From positions 4,169 through 68,168 of the IMG/VR virus record IMGVR_UViG_3300022074_000029: a DNA stretch of 64,000 nt; one strand, written 5' to 3'. A program made the position numbers and the translations under genes. The notes beneath the pieces are model-generated. The model saw only the letters and a program-made list of their open reading frames with translations, did not search any database and was not told the origin of the DNA. The DNA is from a virus. This document shows, one piece after another, positions 7,199 to 17,100 of the stretch (position 1 is the stretch's first letter; the number at the start of each line of letters is the position of its first letter).

Positions 7199-7217
7199 GG
7201 TCATGGGTTGCTATAAT
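7159..7217 (+). promoter_or_regulatory. Palindrome-promoter unit 10
   Basis: TGTGCCAG-TACAACAA-GTGTCACA (7159-7182), 29 bp, TGc-TATAAT (7212-7217). Confidence 0.85.
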
Positions 7218-7243
7218 TAGTATAACAACACAGAGAAACCCAA

Positions 7244-7564
7244 ATGAGAAAGATTGAAAGACAAATGAATCAAGCAATCAGAACAGGCAATAACTTCTCA
7301 TCATCTAATACAATGGTTAGGCACGGTTGGGAGAATGAAGCGGATGTTTATCTACATGGCAATCATATAGCAACAGTTAAGAACAATTCAATCATCATCA
7401 AAGATGGCGGTTGGCAATCCAATACAACCAAATCACGCTTAAATGCTCTACTTGATGAGTTTTCATATGGCATGAGAGTATTTCAAAAGAATTACGAGTG
7501 GTTCGTATCTTATAAGAATGTCAAGCAAGATTTTATAAGCGGTATGGAGTTAGCAATCGACTAA
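7244..7564 (+). CDS. Conserved cyanophage hypothetical protein
   Basis: 106 aa; VYLHGNHIA...DGGWQSNTTKSRLNALL...VFQKNYEWF motif. Confidence 0.8.
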   Translation: MRKIERQMNQAIRTGNNFSSSNTMVRHGWENEADVYLHGNHIATVKNNSIIIKDGGWQSNTTKSRLNALLDEFSYGMRVFQKNYEWFVSYKNVKQDFISGMELAID

Positions 7565-7591
7565 CTTGACACACTCACACAAATATGTCAT

Positions 7592-7618
7592 AATGGGGTA
7601 TAACAACCCCATTTTTTT
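7592..7618 (+). terminator. Rho-independent terminator ending the early cluster
   Basis: AATGGGGT-ataaca-ACCCCATT followed by a T-run. Confidence 0.75.
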
Positions 7619-7778
7619 ATGATCTAGTAATCTCACAGTCTTATCACAGTCTCATTACGGGAAAGGCAGTATTTTCGCCCCCCGTTAAATAAAAACGAGC
7701 CACTACCCTAACCTACAAAGGTTCCCCAAAGCGATAGATATATTAACATCCTTTTAAAAAAAATTTCCAATTAAAAAA

Positions 7779-7994
7779 ATGCCTCCAGAGAAAAAATCCA
7801 GTAGACAAGATTTAAGAGTATGGTGTATCGAGCAGTTGATTCGCTATGAAGGTCTCTTAGATAATCGTATGTACGAATGTGCAGACCATGCAGCGTCTGT
7901 TCTTAATGTAGACACTAAGGAAACGCTATATACGTTATGGTCTGATTGGAAGCTTAGAAACCCAGTCAGAGACCATCAAACTAATCGAATGTAA
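7779..7994 (+). CDS. Small hypothetical protein
   Basis: 71-aa ORF. Confidence 0.6.
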   Translation: MPPEKKSSRQDLRVWCIEQLIRYEGLLDNRMYECADHAASVLNVDTKETLYTLWSDWKLRNPVRDHQTNRM

Positions 7995-7999
7995 TACTT

Positions 8000-8167
8000 A
8001 TGTCACACCGTTTCACAACTCAACTCGAAGAAGATGATTATGGAGATCTTATATTAACTATACCTTATGAAATATGTGAAGAGTTGGGTTGGAACGTAAA
8101 TACTGAATTACAGTTTGAAATAGGTGATGATGATAGTAGTATTATATTGAAAAAAGCGATCGACTGA
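8000..8167 (+). CDS. AbrB/MazE/SpoVT-like DNA-binding protein (55 aa, not in ORF track)
   Basis: MSHRFTTQLEEDDYGDLILTIPYEICEELGWNVNTELQFEIGDDDSSIILKKAID fits the swapped-hairpin pattern (l.ltIP.ei.e.LGw..g.el.f.....iil). Confidence 0.65.
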   Translation: MSHRFTTQLEEDDYGDLILTIPYEICEELGWNVNTELQFEIGDDDSSIILKKAID

Positions 8168-8231
8168 ATATAAGCTATAACTCTCGGAGAAACCATACAG
8201 TGTATGTATACAAAATGAATTTTACAACATT

Positions 8232-8450
8232 ATGGATGAAAAACAACTGGTAGAAGCATTAAATACTCTTAATGAATGTTTAATTACCATAGGTAAGCGT
8301 TTAGATGCATTAGAAACTTATGTTACAGAAATGCCTACTCCTGATAAAACCTTCTATAAACCAGAAGGTGAGAAAGATTATAAGAACTATAAAGAAAACT
8401 TAGACTTCATTTACCAAAGATTAAAATTCTTAGAGAAATATGGGTTGTAA
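8232..8450 (+). CDS. Small hypothetical protein
   Basis: 72-aa ORF overlapping the next gene. Confidence 0.65.
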   Translation: MDEKQLVEALNTLNECLITIGKRLDALETYVTEMPTPDKTFYKPEGEKDYKNYKENLDFIYQRLKFLEKYGL

Positions 8451-10992
8451 AACAGGACTATCAAATGGAGGATGTAGTGGAGATAATCTACTAACAACGT
8501 CATGTACGAAATATGATCCCAAACAAGATGGTGTAACGTTTACTTATACAGAATACCCTCAAAGTCCTATCCGATCAGGCAGTCATAATGTGCCTACCAG
8601 AGAAGCAAACTTTGTAATGTATGAAGGTGTTGAAACTACTGGCACTGTTACAGCAGGTAATTGTGGTAAGGTTGAATTAGATAACCCTTGCAGTAATGAA
8701 GCAAACGCAAAAATAACATTCGATTACTATCCCTCTCAACTCTCATTTGATTTTGCCTATTCTGATAGATTCTTTGCATACCTATACGATACTTCTAATA
8801 AAGGTGGAGTAGTAGGAACACCTTGTTATCATATCGAAGACTCAAATGCTTCTACAAGTGGTGGAACTAATGATGGTAACGTAGCAACTTCTTCTAATTG
8901 TTACCCTTGTTCTGGTTTTACTTGTGTACCCGCAACCACAAGTCTCTCTTATACTTGCGAAACTGATTATACGGGCGATCCAGACTGCCCTCATCCGTCG
9001 CTGTTCGGGTTTGGATCCACAAGTTATAAAGTCGCGTTCCAATATGACGCTTTATCCACTCAACTGCCTGATGGAGTAGTTGATGTAAGTCTCTCTTATG
9101 ATGGGGTAACCTATACTGATGCATGGAATCAGACCACTGAAGATGGTATACCGTATAATACAGCACAAAATCCGTGGCAAAGTGGGGACGAGACGCTCGA
9201 TGACTTTACTATCTACGAATTGAATGGGTCGGGAGCGACCACAGGACTCCGAGTAAAGGTGAGGATACGACCTATTGTAGATGAATCAGGATCTACGGTT
9301 GCCTTTACAGGGACTCAATGGGAGATTACAGAGATATTATCACCTGGTACTGCTTATAGTGTGGGTGATACGTTTAATCTAACCTATACACACACTCATC
9401 CAGACACTACAACAAGCACTTTAACTGCTACACTCAAGATTACAGTCGTTGCTCCAGTCGATACTACCTCTAGTTCATCTGGTTTTGACGTGTTAAGAAC
9501 AGGTGATACTGTAAATGGACATACCCTTACCCGCGTTTTCCACATGGATGAGGGTAACTTCCCTTATCATGTAGCGTATTTGGATGGGAGTGGTAATAAT
9601 TTTGCAAAAGATACTCAGTATACCTCTAGTAGAGCACATCTAGTCACTGTGAAAGCAGGTTATGGCATCTCTGACCGTGCAATACTGGTTGGTAAGTATG
9701 AATTCTCCGATAAATCGATGCAATTTGTAACTGCGGACATAGATCCAGCTGCACCTGACATCTTTAATACTATAAAACAACCTGATGTGACCCTTACAAT
9801 TGAGAATGGTCGTGTAACAGGTTCTACAATTACCAACGGAGGAACTGGTTGGAATCAATTAAAGGAAGAACCAGACGTAATTATCACTCCTCCTATTATT
9901 GATTCGGGAAAACAAGCAGAAGTTAAGGCAACTTTTAGTGCAGGTGTACTATCTGCGATAGAAATTACGAATGGAGGTAGCGGATACGATGAAAATAACC
10001 CTCCTCAACTTTGGATACGCAATAATTATAAGAAAAAAACGGAAACTTTCATAAATGATGCGTATGATTCAACATTTACGCAAAGAAATGAGGAATTAAT
10101 GACCTCTTTTCCAAAACCAGAGTATAATGAAGTCGATATATCCTTTCAACAAGCGTTAGATCCGACTACTTACGACAGATTACTCGAATTAGGCATTACT
10201 CCGAGCACATTGAACCAAATAATTACTGAAAATACATCAAATGCGGTAAAAGGAACGAATGTTGAGGCTCCAGAAATGTCAAGTGCGGATATTAAGTCAC
10301 TAGATGACGCATATCAGCAAGTTTTACAGACAGATACTACTATAACCCGTGAACCTACGGTAGAAATCAAGTTAGATCCTGATAGAAGACGGGTTTCTGT
10401 GATGCCTCAGCGTAAATATTCAACAAGTGCGACTGAATCACTGCGTGAAGTTGTAGAAGCGAAGTATGATCTTAACTTCTTAGACAAAGATGCGTATGTT
10501 GACTCATCATTAAAGCAAGTATTGATAGAAGAACTTGCAAGAACACAGATAGAGCGTAGTCAGTCTATTGATGATGTTACACAAACTCAAATTCCAGAGG
10601 TAAGTAACTTCAAAGAGAGTTTCGTTGAGACCGTACAAGGGTCGTTTACGGAATTACCTGCTGCCTCAAGCAACACTAAATACTTTATGACACAATACCG
10701 TGCGGATCAAGCCAAAGAAACCACTCTAACCGTAACGTTGTCTATGAATCCCGTGAATACAGGATGTGCACATTTTACATGTAATGCACCAAGCGGAACA
10801 TCAAATTCAACAGGAAGTGATGGTAGCGGAGGAACCGTAACTACGAACTATACTATGTCAGGTCTTTTAGGATCAGGTTGTAAGGCATGGAGTGCAAGCG
10901 GAAGTTTGCGAATGTTCCATGATCTAAGTTCAGCTGCGGTTCAAGCAGCAAATGCGGGAGAAGCATACGGTAATCCTTTCCAGATAACGTAA
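8440..10992 (+). CDS. Putative virion structural protein (baseplate/tail associated)
   Basis: 850 aa. Cys-rich termini and ITNGGSGY-type beta repeats shared with the baseplate proteins. Lies upstream of PAAR and gp25. Confidence 0.6.
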   Translation: MGCKTGLSNGGCSGDNLLTTSCTKYDPKQDGVTFTYTEYPQSPIRSGSHNVPTREANFVMYEGVETTGTVTAGNCGKVELDNPCSNEANAKITFDYYPSQLSFDFAYSDRFFAYLYDTSNKGGVVGTPCYHIEDSNASTSGGTNDGNVATSSNCYPCSGFTCVPATTSLSYTCETDYTGDPDCPHPSLFGFGSTSYKVAFQYDALSTQLPDGVVDVSLSYDGVTYTDAWNQTTEDGIPYNTAQNPWQSGDETLDDFTIYELNGSGATTGLRVKVRIRPIVDESGSTVAFTGTQWEITEILSPGTAYSVGDTFNLTYTHTHPDTTTSTLTATLKITVVAPVDTTSSSSGFDVLRTGDTVNGHTLTRVFHMDEGNFPYHVAYLDGSGNNFAKDTQYTSSRAHLVTVKAGYGISDRAILVGKYEFSDKSMQFVTADIDPAAPDIFNTIKQPDVTLTIENGRVTGSTITNGGTGWNQLKEEPDVIITPPIIDSGKQAEVKATFSAGVLSAIEITNGGSGYDENNPPQLWIRNNYKKKTETFINDAYDSTFTQRNEELMTSFPKPEYNEVDISFQQALDPTTYDRLLELGITPSTLNQIITENTSNAVKGTNVEAPEMSSADIKSLDDAYQQVLQTDTTITREPTVEIKLDPDRRRVSVMPQRKYSTSATESLREVVEAKYDLNFLDKDAYVDSSLKQVLIEELARTQIERSQSIDDVTQTQIPEVSNFKESFVETVQGSFTELPAASSNTKYFMTQYRADQAKETTLTVTLSMNPVNTGCAHFTCNAPSGTSNSTGSDGSGGTVTTNYTMSGLLGSGCKAWSASGSLRMFHDLSSAAVQAANAGEAYGNPFQIT

Positions 10993-11537
10993 TGGCAGCA
11001 GGTACAGGAGCAGCAATCTATATGGGTAGTGACAGTGGTCACGGAGTCGGAGTCGGTGCATCGCATCATCCTGGCTTGGGTGGTGGTGTGTTACCTAATT
11101 GTCCACATCCATCACTTAGTCCTACAGTTGTTCCTAGACAAGTAAATTCTATGGATGCTACAACCATTTGGCCACCGCATCCGCAATTACCTGCGGGACC
11201 TTATCTAAGGACTGTTATTATCAATGGTCAACTACCAATTATTGATCAAGATATTCTCATACCTCATCCTACACCCACACAGCACACAACAACGTCTGTT
11301 GGGTTCAAATGCCTTACTGTGCGAAATACACCTGCCTGGTGGTGCACAATAGGGACTGCAGGTGGTAGAGAAGCAGCTGTAGGTCATTCAAGGAAACTTC
11401 TTGCTACAAGTAAGACAGTTTTTATCAATGGTCGTCGAGCAGGTAGGTTCGGAGACCCACTGGGTGATAATACACCCGCATTCCCTTGTAATTCTAAAAT
11501 TACAGGATGTTCACCTAATGTATTCGTCGGAGTTTAA
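10992..11537 (+). CDS. PAAR-like spike-tip protein (T4 gp5.4-like)
   Basis: VIINGQLPIIDQD..HP, SKTVFINGRRAGRFGDPLG, C.SKITGCSPNVFVG. His/Cys metal ligands. Confidence 0.8.
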   Translation: MAAGTGAAIYMGSDSGHGVGVGASHHPGLGGGVLPNCPHPSLSPTVVPRQVNSMDATTIWPPHPQLPAGPYLRTVIINGQLPIIDQDILIPHPTPTQHTTTSVGFKCLTVRNTPAWWCTIGTAGGREAAVGHSRKLLATSKTVFINGRRAGRFGDPLGDNTPAFPCNSKITGCSPNVFVGV

Positions 11538-11539
11538 TT

Positions 11540-11680
11540 ATGGCAACTAGATACAACACTGGTTTACCTTCTATTGACACAAAACCTAAAAAGACCCGTC
11601 AAGGAAAAGGAAAGCACACAAAATATGCTGCTTCTTCAAGAAATGGAGCAAAAAAGAGAAATCGTGGTCAAGGTCGCTAA
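11540..11680 (+). CDS. Small very basic protein (46 aa, not in ORF track)
   Basis: MATRYNTGLPSIDTKPKKTRQGKGKHTKYAASSRNGAKKRNRGQGR, located between PAAR and gp25. Confidence 0.65.
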   Translation: MATRYNTGLPSIDTKPKKTRQGKGKHTKYAASSRNGAKKRNRGQGR

Positions 11681-11705
11681 ATAATACAGGACACTTCCTG
11701 TACTA

Positions 11706-12125
11706 ATGGCATTAAAACCCGTAACTGGCACTTCTTTTAAGAAATCTCGATCATTTAAAGATCTTGCGATGAATTTTGCACGAAATGCAAATACTAAAGA
11801 TGCTGCTGCTGTGTTAAACGATAATGCTATCAAACAATCTATTAGGAACTTACTTTTAACAGTTCCTGGCGAGAAACCATTTCAACCTACAATAGGTTCT
11901 CGTATCTCTGAGCTCTTATTTGAACCACTTGATAATTTCACTTCTGATGCTGTTCGCCAAGAGGTAATAAATACTATTACACAATATGAACCTAGAGTAA
12001 ACCTCTCCAAGGTTAATGTTAGAACTAGATTTGCTGAGAATAGTTTTGATATACAAGTTGAGTATAAAATTGTAGGACTACCAACTGTAGAAACTATCGA
12101 GTTCGTTCTTAAGAGACCAGAATAA
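11706..12125 (+). CDS. gp25: Baseplate wedge subunit gp25
   Basis: AIKQSIRNLLLTVPGEKPFQPTIGS...LLFEP...ITQYEPRV, the gp25/GPW signature. Confidence 0.93.
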   Translation: MALKPVTGTSFKKSRSFKDLAMNFARNANTKDAAAVLNDNAIKQSIRNLLLTVPGEKPFQPTIGSRISELLFEPLDNFTSDAVRQEVINTITQYEPRVNLSKVNVRTRFAENSFDIQVEYKIVGLPTVETIEFVLKRPE

Positions 12126-14149
12126 TGCAACCAAACAACCTAACAGCATTAAATTTCGAGGATATTAAAGCTTCGATTAAATCATACCTTAGAACAAGGT
12201 CAGAATTTACCGATTATGACTTTGAAGGATCTGCACTTTCATATTTGATTGATACTTTAGCTTACAACAGCTATTATACTGCTTTTAATGCAAATATGTC
12301 GATGAATGAGGCATTTTTGCCATCGGCAACTGTTAGAGATAATATTGTTAATATTGCAAAACTTTTAAATTATGTTCCACGCTCTATTGTTTCTGCAAAA
12401 GGGTGTTTAAAACTTAGTGTACAGACAACTGCTTCAAATGGAGCATACCCTTCAAGTGTAACTCTTGCAAAAGGTGCAGTTGCAACTGGTGGAAACTACG
12501 TTTTTAATATTTTAGAGTCAATCACCTCTATAGTTAATACTACTACTGGTATTGCTGAGTTTGATAATGTAATGGTTCAAGAAGGTAGTATTGTAAACTT
12601 CTCATATACCGTAAATACCTTTACACAGCAAACTTATAAGATTCCTTCTGAGGATGCTGATATTGCAACTCTATCAGTTCGTGTAAGACAAAATGAATCA
12701 TCTACAAGTTCTGATTTATACAGTCGTGTAGATACCATCACTGACCTAACATCATCTACTCGTGCATACTTCATCTCTGAAGGTGAAGATATGCGTTATG
12801 AAATTAAATTTGGAGATAATACAGCTGGACGAGCACTTAATGATGGTGAAATCGTTCAATTAGAATATTTGGTGACTGCGGGTGCCGAAGCTAATGAAGT
12901 TAACCAATTTTCCTTCATAGGAAGTGTAACTGACTCGAATAGTGTTTCATATTCCCCTTCAGCAATTACAGTAACTATAAAAGATCGTTCTCAACTAGGA
13001 TCTGCTGCAGAAACTGTAGAATCTATCAAATATAACGCTCCAAGATATTACTCTGCTCAATATCGTGCAGTAACAGCACAAGACTATGCTTTAATCACAA
13101 AAAGAGTGTATTCTAACGCTGATTCTGTAGTTGCCTATGGTGGTGACACTTTAAACCCTCCTGTATATGGAAAAGTTTATATTGCAATCAAAACTAAGAC
13201 AGGATCTCTTCTAAATGACGCAACTAAGAAAACTATTGCTGCAGATTTAAGAAAATACGCAATGGCATCTATTGATCCTGTTGTTATTGATCCAGAAGAC
13301 ATTTATATTTACTTAAAAGTGTATGCACAGTACAATACTGCTACTGCAACCAATACTTCTGATATTAAAACAAATATTCAGAATGGTATCAATGATTGGG
13401 CAACACAAACTCAAATTAATAACTTTAACTCTACATTTAGATCTGGAGACTTTGAAAAGGCAGTTGCTTTATCAGATGACTCTGTTACTGATGTATCAAC
13501 ACAACTTTCACTACTAAGATACATTAGACCAACCACTAACCAAACTAATACTTATTGTATTGCTACTGGTGGTGCATTATATGATAGTAATCCTAGTAAT
13601 AATGATGGAACTTCTTGTAAGAAAGAACCAATCCTTTTATCTGGAACATTTAGAACTGCTGATAGACCTGGTGTTGATCAACAGTTTGAAGATGATGGAT
13701 TTGGTAATTTAAGATCTTTCTATAATACTGGTAATAAAAAGGTATATACGAACAACGCTGCTGGTACAGTAAATTACACAACTGGTGAAGTATGCTTTGG
13801 TCCTGTAGCTATTATCGGTGCAGGTGTAAATATTCCAACAGCAGGTACAACAATTACAAATACTACAACTGGTGCTGGTTCTGTTACTGACGCAACAGTG
13901 CTACCAACAGATTTAGCGATTCCTGTTCTGTTTATACCTGCTAACGTGTCAACTGTACCTGCTTCAACACCTGGTACAATTATTAACATTATCAGTCCAG
14001 AAGTAACAGTAGTTCCACTTGGTTCTACTCCACCTCCTACTATCCCACTAAATAGTTTGACACCTGCGGTATTCAATACTACACCTACAACTTTAACTGT
14101 AGGAGATATTGGAAACGCTGGCAACTTAACCGATACATCCTGTTTCTAA
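12125..14149 (+). CDS. gp6: Baseplate wedge subunit gp6
   Basis: FTDYDFEGSALSYLIDTLAYN, ESIKYNAPRYYSAQYRAVTAQDY, and synteny. Confidence 0.93.
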   Translation: MQPNNLTALNFEDIKASIKSYLRTRSEFTDYDFEGSALSYLIDTLAYNSYYTAFNANMSMNEAFLPSATVRDNIVNIAKLLNYVPRSIVSAKGCLKLSVQTTASNGAYPSSVTLAKGAVATGGNYVFNILESITSIVNTTTGIAEFDNVMVQEGSIVNFSYTVNTFTQQTYKIPSEDADIATLSVRVRQNESSTSSDLYSRVDTITDLTSSTRAYFISEGEDMRYEIKFGDNTAGRALNDGEIVQLEYLVTAGAEANEVNQFSFIGSVTDSNSVSYSPSAITVTIKDRSQLGSAAETVESIKYNAPRYYSAQYRAVTAQDYALITKRVYSNADSVVAYGGDTLNPPVYGKVYIAIKTKTGSLLNDATKKTIAADLRKYAMASIDPVVIDPEDIYIYLKVYAQYNTATATNTSDIKTNIQNGINDWATQTQINNFNSTFRSGDFEKAVALSDDSVTDVSTQLSLLRYIRPTTNQTNTYCIATGGALYDSNPSNNDGTSCKKEPILLSGTFRTADRPGVDQQFEDDGFGNLRSFYNTGNKKVYTNNAAGTVNYTTGEVCFGPVAIIGAGVNIPTAGTTITNTTTGAGSVTDATVLPTDLAIPVLFIPANVSTVPASTPGTIINIISPEVTVVPLGSTPPPTIPLNSLTPAVFNTTPTTLTVGDIGNAGNLTDTSCF

Positions 14150-14155
14150 GCGTAG

Positions 14156-17100
14156 ATGAATATCAATAAAGTATCACAGTCGATTGCAAAACAATCACCT
14201 GCTTTTATTGAAAACGATTATCCTTTATTCAATAAATTTATTGAGTATTACTATCGTTCTCAAGAGAAGACGGGTCTAGGACAAAATATTGTCAATGAAT
14301 TTTTACAATACCTCGATATCGATAAACTTAATATCGAAGTATTGGATGGTGTTACGAAAGTTGTAGAAGCATTTACTACAACTGATGATGAAATTGTTGT
14401 AGAGAGTGTAGATCAATTTTTAGAGAATGACGGATCAGTATTAATCGGTAATGAGGTAATATATTACGAAAAAACCAGTCATGCACCAAATATTGCGTTA
14501 AGTCCTGGTATTTCATATGAACAGGTAAAATTAAAGTGGACTACACTTGCAAGTCCTATTGATTCATTTGATGGATCAACAGTTACTTTTAATTTAACAT
14601 CTCAAGACAGTCCTGTTGCTGCACCTTCAGCACAACACCTTATTGTTTCTGCATATGGTAAAGTATTAGTTCCAAACATTGATTATACAGTTTCTGGAAC
14701 ACAAATTACCTTTGCTACTGCACCAAGAACAAGAATTCCTGCAGATGACTCTTCTTCAACTTATATTACGTACTTAAGAGGTTTTGTAGAGAATCCAATT
14801 GTAGCTATTGATAATATATCTTCCTCATTTGGTGGTGGTAAGACACAATTCACTGTGACTAGAAATGGTGTTAGATATGAACCAGTTGCAGATGAATATA
14901 TTGCTGCAATTTACGATAATCGCCTTTTAGTTCCAAAAGTTGACTATTTCCTTGATGGTGATCAGTTTATCTTCTTAACTGCACCTTTAAATGGTCGTTT
15001 CTTATCTTTATACTCCATTGAAGCACCTATACCTTCATTTGGTTCTAATGCTATTGGATATTCTCGTGTAGATAATACTGGACAGTTAACCAGTGTCGCT
15101 ATAAATGCGAGTGGTAGTAATTATAGATTTGAATATCCCCCTCAAGTATCCGTAAACTCTGATGAAGGTAGCGGTGCATCTGTAAGTAGTTTAGTTAATG
15201 GTATTAAATCACTATCCTTAATTGATGGCGGTAAAGGTTATAGTGATACTAACCCTCCTGTTGCTCAAGTTCAAACTCCAACAAAACCAGGTTCTACAGC
15301 AGCAGTATTAAAAGCAACTGTTACTAATGGTGCGGTTTCTGGAGTAGAAATAACAACTTCTGGTTCTGGGTATACATTTACCCCTAGAATCACTTTTAGA
15401 CAACCAGGCGGTGCTGTACTAGGCACCTGTCCTCTTGTAAACGGTCAAGTGGTAGGCACTATTCCTATTACTGACGGTGGATTTGGATATACTACTGTTC
15501 CTACCATTTACATCGATGAACCTACTGGAACTAATTCTATTAAGGCAGCTCTACAAGCAGTTTTAACTAATGGTGTAATCACATCAATCAATATTCTTAA
15601 CGCAGGTCAAGGATATACAACTACTCCTAGAATTGCTGTAATAGATCCTGTAGGTGCTCAAGTTCTTGAAACTACAGTTGATACTGATGGAAGAGTTATT
15701 AGAATTGAACTTTTAAATGGTGGTAGTGGATTTGATGATATTCCTTCTGTTTATATTGTCGATAGTAGGACTGATGCAACTGGAAACTATGCAGGTGGAA
15801 CTGGAGCAACTGCAGTCGCTTCTATTTTTAATGGTCAAATTACTGATATTAACGTAACTGCATTTGGAACTGGGTATAGTTCTGCTACACCTCCTAAAGT
15901 AATAATTCAGAGTCCTCCAGAAGCAAAAGCATCTGCTGAGATTGGTTTGAACGAAGTTACTGGTTTTACAGTAAATCAGAAAGGAAAGGGATATAGTAAA
16001 GCAAAATTTATTGGTTGTGCTAGAGCAGCAAGTGGAGTTACTTCATATACAGAAGATGGTAATGCAGTATTTACAAATAATACTGTTGCAGAAACTGGTG
16101 CTATAGATGCATCTGTAAAATGTCTGGATGCACTCTTTATTAAGAGATTATTAGACAAATATACAGAACAATATTTACCTGACGTTCCAGAACTTGATTA
16201 TAAGAAAATTGATGTTAGAACAGCAATTAAAACTATAAAAGATTTCTATACTGCAAAAGGAACATCCTTCAGTATCAGTTATCTTTTTAAATTGCTTTAT
16301 GGTGAGCAAGTTAGTATATCTTACCCTAAAGACCAAATTATCAAACCATCTGCTGCAACATGGTCTATTGATACCATTTTGCGTGCAACTTTGGTTAGCG
16401 GAGATCCCGTTAACATCAGAGATGGTTTAGTTACTCAAGATGCAGATATTGCAGATCCAAGTATTCTAGCAGCGAGTGCTTTGGTTGAAAACTATATTTC
16501 AATTAAAACTTCTGATGTAGAAATTTTTGAATTAGTATTATCAGAAGAAACTATTGTTGGAACCTTTGTTGTTCCTTATAAAACAAAATTAGCAGAACCT
16601 CTTAATGCAACTGAGTCTATTATTACAGTTGACTCCACTATAGGTTGGCCAGAGAGAAACGGTGAGTTTATTATTGGTGCAAGTGAGGTAGTTCAATATA
16701 AAGAGAAATCATTAAACCAGTTTATTGAGTGTACTCGTTCTACAAACGGTATTGTTGAAGATTGGGATTCTGCTACAGAATTAACATCTAATTTTCAAGT
16801 TTTTGTCAATAAAGGAACTACCCAAGAGGTTGTTTTAAATGTTGTTGGTATTGTTGATGCACAACAGACAGTATTAACTGATACTGGTTCATATTACTTA
16901 CCAGGCGATAAATTAACTGTTTCTAAATTAGGTGGAACAGGAACCTCTCCTGAGTTAACAACTTGGTTGTATAATGTTAAAAAGTTAATCTCAGTAACCA
17001 GTATTATATACGGTGGTGTTAATAATCAGTCTGCAACTGTAACTTGTTCTAATCCACATGGTCTTTTAGTTGGAGATCAGGTTACAATTTATGGTGCTAA

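Noticed and set aside
7567-7590. An eleventh palindrome copy (TGACA...TGTCA)
   Set aside because: The arms are 14 bp apart rather than 10, and there is no -10 box 29-30 bp downstream. It is better explained as -35/-10 elements.
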